From: an uncultured Prevotella sp.
GTDB taxonomy: Bacteria > Bacteroidota > Bacteroidia > Bacteroidales > Bacteroidaceae
DNA length: 64,000 nucleotides
NCBI GenBank assembly: GCA_905236875.1
Contig: CAJOQT010000020.1
Span: 8,981-72,980 of the forward strand
Direction: 5' to 3'
The position numbers were made by a program, and so were the translations under genes. The notes under the pieces were generated by a model that was given only the letters and a program-made list of their open reading frames with translations, searched no databases and had not been told where the DNA came from. Below are positions 10,316 through 19,586 of this stretch, one piece after another. Within the stretch, counting starts at the first letter, position 1. Each line of letters begins with the position of its first letter.

Positions 10316-11467
10316 TTATAGATGCTGCTGAAAGAAGTGCAGGGCACGTTCCTGGGCCTTGAGCGGACAGCTGTGGGGAATGTCCCAAAGTTCAGTCTCC
10401 AGTTGCCCGTCTGCATCTTGGCTATGCCATACGTCGTGCATGATACGAAAAGCCTTTTCAACGCCTGCTACAGGAAACAGTTTGTCCTGTGAGCCACTGA
10501 TAAAAAGCATGGCATTCGGACAGGCGATACTGGCGATGTGAGGGTAGTCGAGCCAGCGTCGTAGTCCTGGCAGGCAGTTGGCAAATCCTCCATTCTCCGT
10601 CCTGCTGTATTTGAACGACATCTGCTCGTCGGTAGTCGTCATCCAACAAATGGCGACAGCGGCTTTGATATGGTCGCTCAAGGCAGAAAGCATCCATGCA
10701 CGGTAGGCTCCCATCGAACAGCCCATACAACCTATCTTAGTGGCATCCGTCTGCGGTAACGAGGCCAGGAATTCCGTTCCACGAATGTCGTCATAGGTCA
10801 TATATGCACTCAAGTCGATCCCATACATCATCATGTTTCCGGCAATCATGTCATACTTGTCACGTCGTGGTCCCTCCTGTTGCCCGCGTTCGCCCCACAT
10901 CGGAGCATCGGCCGAGAATACCACATAACCGTGCCGTGCCAGATAGTCACCTACATATTGTCCTTCATAGAGACTTGCAACCCAGTCGTCGGCATCGCGG
11001 ATGACGGTAGAGCCTTCACAGGCCAGCGGCCGAATCATTTTCTCCTTGCCGATGAAGAGGTGAGCACCATGGTCGTGCAGCAAGTTTACTGCAGGAAACG
11101 GTCCGTCACCATCAGGGATGAGCAAGTAGGCAGGAACACTGTAATAGCGTGACAGACGCACCTCAATCTTACGTGCTGTATATCCGTCGCGTCGTTCCTC
11201 TGCCATAATCTTGACATCATATCCGTTAGTGGCGGATGGTGGTGAGGCAAGCATACAGTCAAGTACCTTCTGACGTGCTGCCTGTTTCCATTCGTTGAAG
11301 TCGGTGATACTACTGTTGCCCCATGCCAGCGGATAGGTGAGGTCTGCAATGAGTGAGTCAGCATACACGGGCAGGTTGCGGCGGAACTCATAACGTTCAC
11401 GCTGCTGGCCATAGACAGCCGACAGCGACAGCAGTAGTAACAGGCAGACAATCAGTTTCTTCATCAA
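10316..11467 (-). CDS. Secreted alpha/beta hydrolase (dienelactone hydrolase/esterase family)
   Basis: Signal peptide; PAYLLIP, HDHG, GCSMG nucleophile elbow, GSQDKLFP, late His (PHSC). Confidence 0.85.
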   Translation of the reverse strand: MMKKLIVCLLLLLSLSAVYGQQRERYEFRRNLPVYADSLIADLTYPLAWGNSSITDFNEWKQAARQKVLDCMLASPPSATNGYDVKIMAEERRDGYTARKIEVRLSRYYSVPAYLLIPDGDGPFPAVNLLHDHGAHLFIGKEKMIRPLACEGSTVIRDADDWVASLYEGQYVGDYLARHGYVVFSADAPMWGERGQQEGPRRDKYDMIAGNMMMYGIDLSAYMTYDDIRGTEFLASLPQTDATKIGCMGCSMGAYRAWMLSALSDHIKAAVAICWMTTTDEQMSFKYSRTENGGFANCLPGLRRWLDYPHIASIACPNAMLFISGSQDKLFPVAGVEKAFRIMHDVWHSQDADGQLETELWDIPHSCPLKAQERALHFFQQHL

Positions 11468-11510
11468 CTATAGAGTTTTATTCTATCTTGTTAGTATAGT
11501 CTTTGATTCT

Positions 11511-11596
11511 GCAAAGTTACGAAAAGTCGAGAGCAGAACAAAAGATTTTAATCTTTTTTATGCCGAGACGGAGTAAGTTCGCTATCTTCGATGGGC
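11511..11596. repeat. Imperfect palindromic element carrying a minus-strand TAnnTTTG promoter box
   Basis: gcaaagttac..gtcgagagcagaacaaaag pairs imperfectly with cttttttatgccgagac..gtaagttcgc; left end reads TAACTTTG on minus strand upstream of the hydrolase. Confidence 0.5.
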
Positions 11597-11687
11597 TATC
11601 GTGTGCATTCCTATCGTGGTGTGCAACTCTGGATGTGGGCAAAACATTTGAAAATATTGCTTTCATATTGCAAAAATCATAATTTTA

Positions 11688-12153
11688 CTTTCATCTTTCA
11701 TATAATAAGATATATATCACAGTATAACAGGCGATTATAATATTTTTGTTATTCGTCTATCTTTCATAAATCTTTCATAATCCTTCATTTTTCTGTCACA
11801 ATGGCGGGTATATGGTGGCTTAGAGGAGGAAGGAAAAAGGGGAAGTTGACGCATCGTTCTTACACCGCTTGTTGGTAGTGAAACGCAGCTTCTCTTGAGA
11901 ATTCTCGTGAAATTCTATCCGTAAAGCTATGCTTTTCGACCAGTTTGGAGGCTCCAAACCATTGGTTTGTAGCCTTCAAACCACCAGTCCGACGGCTTCG
12001 GACTGAAAACGAGATTCAACTTTCGCAGGTTTTACTTGTATGAAAGATTTATGAAAGTAAAATGAAAGATTTATGAAAGATAAGGCACTTTTACAAAAAA
12101 ATGTATGTCCCTGTAAGACAACAATATACATGCCAATATATGAAAGATGAAAG
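11688..12153. repeat. Iteron-like inverted-repeat element A (CTTTCAT / ATGAAAG cores)
   Basis: ctttcat at 11688, 11695, 11761, 11772, (11782); atgaaag at 12040, 12051, 12062, 12073, 12140, 12147; mirror-symmetric layout. Confidence 0.8.
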
Positions 12154-12253
12154 AGAAATCTAACAAAATGACAACTAATTTGATTAATTCTGTGCACAGA
12201 AGAACTGTCTCTTCATGATTTTGGGCGGTTTTAAACTATAGAAGCACTTTTGG

Positions 12254-12320
12254 TGAAGAAGAGTTAGACTTTGCTTGAAGAAGAGTTAGACTTTTGTTGA
12301 ACAAAACCATAACCTTTGGT
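12254..12320. repeat. 22-bp tandem repeat downstream of dnaA
   Basis: tgaagaagagttagactttgct at 12254, near-identical unit at 12276, degenerate unit at 12298. Confidence 0.8.
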
Positions 12321-12327
12321 TCAATGC

Positions 12328-13734
12328 CTATTTCAGGCGGAAGGAAGTCTCGATGCTGTTGATCTCATCGCAGAACACCTTATCCACTTTGAGGCGCTGC
12401 TCTACGGCCGAACAGCTGTGGATAACAGTGGAGTGGTCGCGGTTGCCGATGAGCTGACCGATGCGCGAAGCCGGCATCTTGGTGTATTTCTGTGCCAGAT
12501 ACATCGATACCTGACGTACGATGACGTAGTCGCGCTTGCGGCTGCGACTGAACACCTGTTGCTGGCTGACGTTGAAATGACCGCAAACCTTCTCGAGGAT
12601 GTCATCGACAGTCAGCGGATGGTTGTCAATCTTAACGGCCCGCTTGATGACACGCTCTGCCAGTCGCATGTCGATACTGCTGTTATAGACGATGGAATAG
12701 GCCATCAGTGAGTTGACCACACCCTCCAGGTCACGCACGCTGCCATTGGCAGTCTCGGCAATGAACTCGATGACGTCGGCGGGAATCTTCAGACCGTCAC
12801 GACGGCACTTCGCGTTGAGGATGTCGATACACAGCTGGTGGTTGGGCTTCTCCAGCTCGGCAATGAGTCCGCAGGAGAAGCGTGTCAGCAGGCGTTCCTT
12901 CATGCCTTGCAGATCAACGGGCGGGCGGTCGCTGGCCAGGATAATCTGCTTGCCGTTGCGGAAGAGGTGGTTGAAGATGTGGAAGAACGTGTCGAGCGTC
13001 TTCGGGGAACTGGCCCACTCCTGAATGTCATCGACGATGAGCACGTCAATGGACTGGTAGAAGTTGATGAAGTCGTTGGAGGTGTTTTGACGGCAGGAGT
13101 CCGTGAACTGCACCTGGAACAGACGGGCGCTGACATATAATACGCGCTTGTGCGGGTACATCTCCTTACAATGCACGCCGATGGCGTTGATGAGGTGCGT
13201 TTTGCCGCAGCCTGACGGGCCATAGATAAAGAAGGGGTTGAAGGTTGTCTTGCCCGGATGCTCGGCCACCGACAGGCCTACGGTACGCGGCAGCTTGTTG
13301 CTGTCGCCCTCGATAAATGAGGAGAAGGTCTTGTGGATGTCGAGTTGGGGATTCAGGTCCTGCTGCGGAGCCGCGTCAAGTACCGTCGGTGTCTTGTTGC
13401 CGCGTGTGAGATCCTGGACTGGATCGATGTTCACGGGGTCTTCACCCTGCACGTCAACGCCGATGCCGTGAGTCTTGTCAGTCACGATGCGGTAGGTCAG
13501 CTTGGTTCCTTGACCGAAGCAACGCGTCAGCACCTTGCTCAGGAGACCTACGTAGTACTGCTCCAAGTACTCGTAAACATACGAGCTTGGAACCTGCACC
13601 AACACCGTCTGGCTGTCATCCGAGTAGGACTCGAAGACGATTGGCGCGAACCACGTTTTATATTGTTGCTCTGTGACGTTATTCCTAATTAGGCTAAGGC
13701 AGTCGTCCCAAAGCGCCTCATGTCTCTTTTGCAT
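12328..13734 (-). CDS. dnaA: Chromosomal replication initiator DnaA
   Basis: FNPFFIYGPSGCGKTHL Walker A, VLIVDDIQ Walker B, SVRDLEG, NRDHSTVIHS domain IV. Confidence 0.98.
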   Translation of the reverse strand: MQKRHEALWDDCLSLIRNNVTEQQYKTWFAPIVFESYSDDSQTVLVQVPSSYVYEYLEQYYVGLLSKVLTRCFGQGTKLTYRIVTDKTHGIGVDVQGEDPVNIDPVQDLTRGNKTPTVLDAAPQQDLNPQLDIHKTFSSFIEGDSNKLPRTVGLSVAEHPGKTTFNPFFIYGPSGCGKTHLINAIGVHCKEMYPHKRVLYVSARLFQVQFTDSCRQNTSNDFINFYQSIDVLIVDDIQEWASSPKTLDTFFHIFNHLFRNGKQIILASDRPPVDLQGMKERLLTRFSCGLIAELEKPNHQLCIDILNAKCRRDGLKIPADVIEFIAETANGSVRDLEGVVNSLMAYSIVYNSSIDMRLAERVIKRAVKIDNHPLTVDDILEKVCGHFNVSQQQVFSRSRKRDYVIVRQVSMYLAQKYTKMPASRIGQLIGNRDHSTVIHSCSAVEQRLKVDKVFCDEINSIETSFRLK

Positions 13735-14131
13735 TCTGGCGTTACTTTATTTGTATTAATTATGTTCCGGTTTTTGTCGGCAGCTTTTTAGGTTTAAGCT
13801 ATCGGACAACCTTGATTTCCGAGTGCAAATTTCGCAATTTTTTTTGAAACAAACAAATCCGGCCTTTATGCACTTTTTATACACAATCAGCGTAACTTGC
13901 TATGTTTTGGCACTTTATATGGAGTGTAATATTTGGGATTACAAAATGCTACTTGCACATATTCAACGTTTTGTATATCAGATATTTATATTATATGCAC
14001 ACACTCCATCGCCTGTGCTTCTACTTTTGATGGCAGGACATAGAAAACCGCTAATATCAGGCGGTTAAACTATTCGGTCTAACAAAGACTTCAGAATCCC
14101 CGCTATTTAGACAAAATAAAAACTACACTGA

Positions 14132-15034
14132 TTATTTATCCTTTTTTCCGAATACGGAGAAGTGTATGTATCGTTTGGGATGCTGACGGAAATTGACGAG
14201 CAATGAGTCGGCATCGCGCATGGTGGCGTTGAGGTTGTTATACAGTTCCGGGTCGCGCATGAGCAGTCCCAGCGTTCCTTGGTTGCTGTTCAGTGTCTCT
14301 GTCAGCCGGTGAACGTTCTCGAGGGTGGCATCAACCCTAGCCATGGTGGCTGCCAGATCCAGCTCGTTCAGCTTGCCGGTCAGCTCACCGGTATTGTCGA
14401 GTACGGTATTGGCGTTTGTCATGATGCCTGGAACATCGTGGTTGAGCTGTGCCATCAGCCTGTTCAGCTCGCGTGTCGATGTCGTCAGGTCACCCGTCAC
14501 CTGATGGATGTTGTGCAGCGATCCGCTCAGGGCTGGATCGGCCAGCAACAGGTTGACGCTGGCCAGTATGGAGTCAACCTTGGGCAGCATCTGCTCGATG
14601 ACAGGCACCAGCGTAGCTACTTTCGAAAGGGCACCGCCATTGACACTGCCGCAGATGGTGTCGCCTCTCTCCATCATGGGGCCTAAGGCCTCGGGAAACG
14701 TCAGGTTGATCTTGATATTACCCAGCATGTCACTTTCCAGTTCGGCGGCAGTACCGGCGGGTAAGTGCATGCGGTCGTCCAGCTCGATCATTGCAACGAT
14801 GTCTGTGGCCTTGTCGTAGTCGTAGATAATCTTCTTCACTACACCGACGCGGTAGCCACGGGCATAGACGGGACTGGACTCCGACAGCCCGCTGATATCA
14901 TTGAACTTGATATAATATGCGTTGTCGTTAGAGAACAGGCTCAACCCCTTGAGGAAGGACAGTCCGAAGAACAGTACCACAATACCTGCCACTGCTACCA
15001 GTGCGATTTGAATCTCTTTCGTCAGTAACTTCAT
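14132..15034 (-). CDS. MCE/MlaD-family protein
   Basis: N-terminal TM, GL..SSPVYARGYRVGVV MCE motif, coiled coil, PKRYIHFSVFG Bacteroidetes C-terminus. Confidence 0.9.
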   Translation of the reverse strand: MKLLTKEIQIALVAVAGIVVLFFGLSFLKGLSLFSNDNAYYIKFNDISGLSESSPVYARGYRVGVVKKIIYDYDKATDIVAMIELDDRMHLPAGTAAELESDMLGNIKINLTFPEALGPMMERGDTICGSVNGGALSKVATLVPVIEQMLPKVDSILASVNLLLADPALSGSLHNIHQVTGDLTTSTRELNRLMAQLNHDVPGIMTNANTVLDNTGELTGKLNELDLAATMARVDATLENVHRLTETLNSNQGTLGLLMRDPELYNNLNATMRDADSLLVNFRQHPKRYIHFSVFGKKDK

Positions 15035-15049
15035 ATATCTTTTATTTTA

Positions 15050-16378
15050 TTATTTCCGTGATCTCTTGAACTCCTGGATAGCTTTCTGCACGTCGTAGCG
15101 CTGTCCGTTCTTGAAGGCGATGACAAAGGCCTGTGGGAACTTGTCGAGCAGCTCCTTGCGCAGCTTGCTGATTTCGTTATAGTCGGTCGAGGAACCGACG
15201 GTATATTTATACATGCCACCGTCTTCGTAGCATTCCACGTTCTGCACGCCCTTGAACTGTGGGGCGTTGTTCTTCAGTCGGGTGGAGTTGGCCACGATCT
15301 GTACCTTGAAGACTGGGGCGTCTGATGTGGCGGCCGGTGCTGCCGGGGTAGCTGATATTGCCGGTGTGACTGGTGCAGACGGGGTGGCCGCTGCTGGCGG
15401 AGTCGGTGGGGTAGGGGTGACCGGTTCGGATGGGGTGGCAGGAGTTGCCGCTGCAACCGGTGCGGACGGGGCCTCCGGCACGGTAGGTGCAGGGGTCGGC
15501 TCAGGTGTAGCAACGGGTGTCGGTGTCGTCGTTGTCGGCGGCACGACCGATGGAATCTCTATCGGGGGTGTGTCGTCAGGCTCGTAAGGCACGGTGATGT
15601 TTTCGTTGTAACGTTTCTTGTAGGCCATGAAAGCATTGAAGAATCCCTGTGTATAGAGCTTCAGTGCCTGATCGGAGATGAGGAACTGCTCCTCGTCCGA
15701 CGTAGAGATGAAGCCCAGCTCCATGAGACAGGCAGGCATGGCCGTCAGTCGCAGTACGGCGAGGTTGTCCTGATGGGCACCCATGTCCTGTCGTCCTGTG
15801 GCCCGGCAGATGAAGCGCTGCATGTACTTGGCCAGCTCCACGCTGCGTTCCATGTTATTGTCCTGAATGAACTCAAACATGATGTCGCTTTCGGGTGAGT
15901 TGGGGTCGTAGCCCTGATATATCTGCTGATAGTTAGGCTCCAGCAGGATCACGGAGTTCTCGCGCTTGGCAACGTCGAGGTTCTTCTCCACGCCAACGCC
16001 GCTCCGTCCCTTACCCAGCGTGTAGGTCTGGTAGCCACGGGCCACGCGTCCTTTGGGCAGGGCATTGATATGGACGGAGACAAAGAGGTCTGCCTTCGCC
16101 TTGTTGGCAATCTCTGCACGCTGCCACAACTCCAGGAAGACGTCGGTCTTGCGGGTGTAGATGACTCTCACGTCGGGGCAGTTCTTCTCGACGGCGGCAC
16201 CGAAGGCCAGAGCATAGCGCAGGGTCAGGTTCTTCTCCTTCGAGACAGCGCCCAAGGCTCCAGAGTCATGGCCTCCATGACCGGCATCAATCACCAGCGT
16301 GAACTTCTTGTTGACAGCGCTTGCCATCAACGTCAGTCCGCACATCATCCATATTATGAAAAGAATCTTTTTGCCCAT
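15050..16378 (-). CDS. N-acetylmuramoyl-L-alanine amidase (Amidase_3) with Pro/Thr/Ala linker and C-terminal SPOR-like domain
   Basis: VIDAGHGGHD, ADLFVSVHIN, MPACLMELGF; FKVQI..YKYTVG..FPQAFVIAF. Confidence 0.93.
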   Translation of the reverse strand: MGKKILFIIWMMCGLTLMASAVNKKFTLVIDAGHGGHDSGALGAVSKEKNLTLRYALAFGAAVEKNCPDVRVIYTRKTDVFLELWQRAEIANKAKADLFVSVHINALPKGRVARGYQTYTLGKGRSGVGVEKNLDVAKRENSVILLEPNYQQIYQGYDPNSPESDIMFEFIQDNNMERSVELAKYMQRFICRATGRQDMGAHQDNLAVLRLTAMPACLMELGFISTSDEEQFLISDQALKLYTQGFFNAFMAYKKRYNENITVPYEPDDTPPIEIPSVVPPTTTTPTPVATPEPTPAPTVPEAPSAPVAAATPATPSEPVTPTPPTPPAAATPSAPVTPAISATPAAPAATSDAPVFKVQIVANSTRLKNNAPQFKGVQNVECYEDGGMYKYTVGSSTDYNEISKLRKELLDKFPQAFVIAFKNGQRYDVQKAIQEFKRSRK

Positions 16379-16431
16379 ATCTTCCTAAAACGCTGCAAAA
16401 GTAGTGATTTTTCGGCAGAAACCGAAATCTG

Positions 16432-16854
16432 TCATTGAGTTTTATTATTTATTAAATGTAGCTCCACACCCGCCCCCTGGCAGTCTGCGCCTATCGGCGG
16501 GTTCAGTTTGGTAAGTTCTAGATCGACGGATGTCACTTCCGGAAATGTCTCGCAAAGGGCCTGTACGATACGTCCTGCCACATGTTCCAGCAGTTTCGAC
16601 GGGATGTTCATCTCACGTTTCACCAGCTCATAGAGCTCGGCATAGTTGAGGGTGTCGCCCACCTTGTCGCTCTCTATGGCCTTCGATATGTCATAGCCCA
16701 CACGGAGCGACACCATGAAGTCTGCTCCCACGACGGTCTCCTGCGGCAGCACACCATGGTGGGCATGCAGGCGTACTTCTCGCAGGAAGATGTAGCTGGT
16801 TGTGGGAATGATGGGGCTCATAGGGCTCATGGGGCTAATGGGAGTGGGACTCAT
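16432..16854 (-). CDS. folB: Dihydroneopterin aldolase
   Basis: HAHHGVLPQE, TLNYAE, LLEHVAGRI, KLNPPIG; start uncertain (ATG at 16854, 16830 or 16821, all inside a 9-mer repeat). Confidence 0.92.
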   Translation of the reverse strand: MSPTPISPMSPMSPIIPTTSYIFLREVRLHAHHGVLPQETVVGADFMVSLRVGYDISKAIESDKVGDTLNYAELYELVKREMNIPSKLLEHVAGRIVQALCETFPEVTSVDLELTKLNPPIGADCQGAGVELHLINNKTQ

Positions 16855-16860
16855 GGGGAT
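16803..16860. repeat. 9-mer ATGGGGCTC array at the nrdJ-folB junction
   Basis: atggggctc atagggctc atggggcta atgggagtg ... atggggat. Confidence 0.75.
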
Positions 16861-19439
16861 TATCCGCAACGGCTGGAGCCGCAGCTCTTGCAAATGAGGC
16901 AGCCTTCCTGATAGACGAGTGTCTCCTGTCCGCAGTTCGGACATCTCTGTCCCTTTACCTCCGTGCCATCCACCACATACTTCTTCAGGGCGCGTTCCAC
17001 GCCGTTCTTCCAGGTGTTGATGCTCTCGCTCTTCAGCTGCAGCGAGCCGACGAGCTTGATGACATGGTCTATCGGCATGCGGTAGCGCAGCACACCGGAG
17101 ATGAGCTTGGCATAATTCCAGTATTCGGGGTTGAACTTCTCACTCAGTCCCTCGACGGTAGTCTTGTAGCCGCGCTTGTTCTCAAACTGGAAGTCGTAGC
17201 GCTTCGTGCCGTCGGGGTTCTGCTGCTTGATGATCTTGCCTTTCGTCACGCTCTTGGGCAGCATGATTCCCTCTTCGTCGTCCTGCAGACCGGTGAATAT
17301 CTCGTAGGGATAGCCGTCGAGCAGTCCTACGAAGGCCACCCACTTGTCCTTGTTGTTCTGGAAACGTACCACGTCACATTCCAGTGTCTGCGGACGTATC
17401 TCGGTGACCTGCGGATGCTTGCAGGGAGCATCGGGAGCCTTCTCCTCAAGGTCGTTGTCCTTGGCTTCCTCTTCCTTCTTCTTCTCCTTCTTCACCGAGA
17501 TCATCACACCTGAGCGTGAGCCGTCACGGTAGATGGTACATCCCTTGCAGCCAGAACGCCAGGCCTCTACATAGAGGCGGTTCACCAGTTCCTCATCCAC
17601 GTCATTCGGCAGGTTGACGGTAACGCTGATGGAGTGATCGACCCACTTCTGTATGGCGCCCTGCATGCGTACCTTCATCAGCCAATCGACATCGTTGGCC
17701 GTCGCCTTGAAGTAGGGCGAGGTCTTCACCAGCTCCTCAATCTCCTCCTGGGTGTAGCGCTTGGTGGTGTCAATACCGTTGACTTCCATCCACTTCATGA
17801 ACTTCGGATGATAGACAAGGTACTCCTCGAAGGAGTCGCCTACCTCATCGACATAATCCACATGAACGTCAGCATCGCCGGGGTTCACCTTGCGGCGACG
17901 GGTATAGACGGGCAGGAAGACAGGCTCTATGCCACTCGTCGTCTGGGTCAGCAGACTGGTGGTTCCCGTCGGTGCGATGGTCAGGCAGGCAATGTTGCGT
18001 CTGCCGTACTTCACCATGTCCTCGTACAGCTTAGCGTCGGCATCCTTCAGTCGGAGGATAAACGGGTTCTGTGCCTCACGCCGGGCATCGAAGATGCTGA
18101 ATGCGCCACGTTCCTTCGCCATCTCTACTGACGAGCGATAGGCGGTCAGTGCCAGCGTCCGGTGAACGTTGACGGAGAAGTCGGTCGCTTCCTGTGTGCC
18201 GTAGCGCAGTCCCATAGCGGCTATCATATCGCCTTCGGCGGTAATGCCGACACCAGTGCGGCGGCCCTTCGAGCTCTTGTCCTTGATCTTCTCCCACAGA
18301 TGCTGCTCGGCACTTTTCACTTCCATCGACTGGGGATCCTGGACAATCTTCTCCATGATCTGGTCTATCTTCTCCAACTCCAGATCGACGATGTCGTCCA
18401 TCAGCCGCTGGGCTTTGGCCACATGGTCACGGAACAGGTCGTAGTCGAAGTAGGCTTCGTTGGTAAAGGGATTGACGACGTAGGAATAGAGGTTGATGCT
18501 CAACAGGCGGCAGGAGTCATACGGACAGAGGGGAATTTCTCCGCAGGGGTTCGTGCTCACTGTGCGGAAGCCCAGATCGGCATAGCAGTCGGGAATGCTC
18601 TCCCTGAGAATCGTGTCCCAGAACAACACGCCCGGCTCAGCACTCTTCCAGGCATTGTGTACAATCTTCTGCCAGAGTTGCTTTGCCTGAACCTCGTGTA
18701 CATACTGCGGCTCGTTGCTGTCGATAGGAAACCGTTGCTGATAGGGCTTGTCATTGACAGCGGCTTCCATGAACTCGTCGTCAATCTTCACGCTGACATT
18801 GGCACCCGTCACCTTACCTTCGGTCATCTTGGCATCGATGAATGCCTCTGCCTCCGGATGTCTGATGCTGACACTCAGCATGAGGGCACCGCGTCTTCCG
18901 TCCTGTGCCACCTCACGCGTACTATTACTATAACGTTCCATGAACGGCACCAGTCCTGTCGAAGTGAGTGCCGAGTTGTTGACCGGCGACCCCTTCGGAC
19001 GGATATGGCTGAGGTCATGACCTACGCCGCCTCTGCGTTTCATCAGCTGTACCTGCTCCTCGTCAATGCGGAGGATGGCACCGTAGGAGTCGGCATTGCC
19101 GTCGAGTCCGATGACAAAGCAGTTCGACAGCGAGGCCACCTGGTGTGTGTTGCCTATTCCCGTCATGGGACTGCCTGCAGGAATGATGTAACGGAAGCGG
19201 TCGAGCAGCTGGAATATCTCCTCTGCCGTCATGCCGTTCTTGTACTTTTTTTCAATGCGGGCAATCTCGTTGGCGATGCGCCGGTGCATCTGTTCGGGCG
19301 ATTTCTCGTAAATGTTTCCCTGACTGTCCTTCATTGCGTACTTGTTTACCCATACACGTGCAGCCAGTTCATCGCCGTTAAAATAGGATAGTGAGGCCTC
19401 GAAAGCCTCGTCGTAACTATAAGTTTTAATTGGTTCCAT
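16860..19439 (-). CDS. nrdJ: Class II (adenosylcobalamin-dependent) ribonucleotide reductase
   Basis: SLSNCFVI, KRRGGVG, STNPCGEIPL, IAPTGT, KGCTIYRDGSR, C-terminal CxxC..CxxC..C; no adjacent beta subunit. Confidence 0.93.
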   Translation of the reverse strand: MEPIKTYSYDEAFEASLSYFNGDELAARVWVNKYAMKDSQGNIYEKSPEQMHRRIANEIARIEKKYKNGMTAEEIFQLLDRFRYIIPAGSPMTGIGNTHQVASLSNCFVIGLDGNADSYGAILRIDEEQVQLMKRRGGVGHDLSHIRPKGSPVNNSALTSTGLVPFMERYSNSTREVAQDGRRGALMLSVSIRHPEAEAFIDAKMTEGKVTGANVSVKIDDEFMEAAVNDKPYQQRFPIDSNEPQYVHEVQAKQLWQKIVHNAWKSAEPGVLFWDTILRESIPDCYADLGFRTVSTNPCGEIPLCPYDSCRLLSINLYSYVVNPFTNEAYFDYDLFRDHVAKAQRLMDDIVDLELEKIDQIMEKIVQDPQSMEVKSAEQHLWEKIKDKSSKGRRTGVGITAEGDMIAAMGLRYGTQEATDFSVNVHRTLALTAYRSSVEMAKERGAFSIFDARREAQNPFILRLKDADAKLYEDMVKYGRRNIACLTIAPTGTTSLLTQTTSGIEPVFLPVYTRRRKVNPGDADVHVDYVDEVGDSFEEYLVYHPKFMKWMEVNGIDTTKRYTQEEIEELVKTSPYFKATANDVDWLMKVRMQGAIQKWVDHSISVTVNLPNDVDEELVNRLYVEAWRSGCKGCTIYRDGSRSGVMISVKKEKKKEEEAKDNDLEEKAPDAPCKHPQVTEIRPQTLECDVVRFQNNKDKWVAFVGLLDGYPYEIFTGLQDDEEGIMLPKSVTKGKIIKQQNPDGTKRYDFQFENKRGYKTTVEGLSEKFNPEYWNYAKLISGVLRYRMPIDHVIKLVGSLQLKSESINTWKNGVERALKKYVVDGTEVKGQRCPNCGQETLVYQEGCLICKSCGSSRCG

Positions 19440-19571
19440 TTAGTTTGTCAGTAAGAGGGAAGTGAAATTTTTTGCAAAGATAGTAACTTTCCTGCATACT
19501 ACAAATTATTTTTTTGGAAAACTTTTCAGAAAATTTCAGTTCCAAAGTTTCCTGTTTTGGACAAGAAGTTG

Positions 19572-19579
19572 TACCTTTG
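19572..19579 (+). promoter_or_regulatory. Bacteroidetes sigma70 -7 box (TACCTTTG) for the M6 protease gene
   Basis: Matches TAnnTTTG just upstream of ATG 19587; divergent box near 19475-19482 faces nrdJ. Confidence 0.65.
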
Positions 19580-19586
19580 CAGCACG

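Noticed and set aside
11976..12197. Small ORFs in repeat-rich intergenic DNA (also 13823-14068, 44155-44390, 63743-63937)
   Set aside because: Translations merely reflect the repeats or AT-rich sequence; no coding signal
12380..12425. Perfect DnaA box TGTGGATAA (12417-12425) and near-box at 12380 inside dnaA
   Set aside because: The perfect box is explained by the codons of the conserved VIHS motif; not independent evidence of oriC
15330..15580. Pro/Thr/Ala-rich low-complexity stretch in the amidase
   Set aside because: Ordinary flexible linker between catalytic and cell-wall-binding domains; no fixed nucleotide period
18162..19391. Long antisense ORFs (409 aa here; also 22595-23539, 53824-54702, 41843-42763 and others)
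   Set aside because: They shadow well-supported genes on the opposite strand, show no family motifs, and are expected with this codon bias
16860..19556. Intein or intron in nrdJ, or a cobalamin riboswitch upstream
   Set aside because: ORF is continuous with ordinary length and no splice motifs seen; the leader is short and lacks a recognisable B12 box
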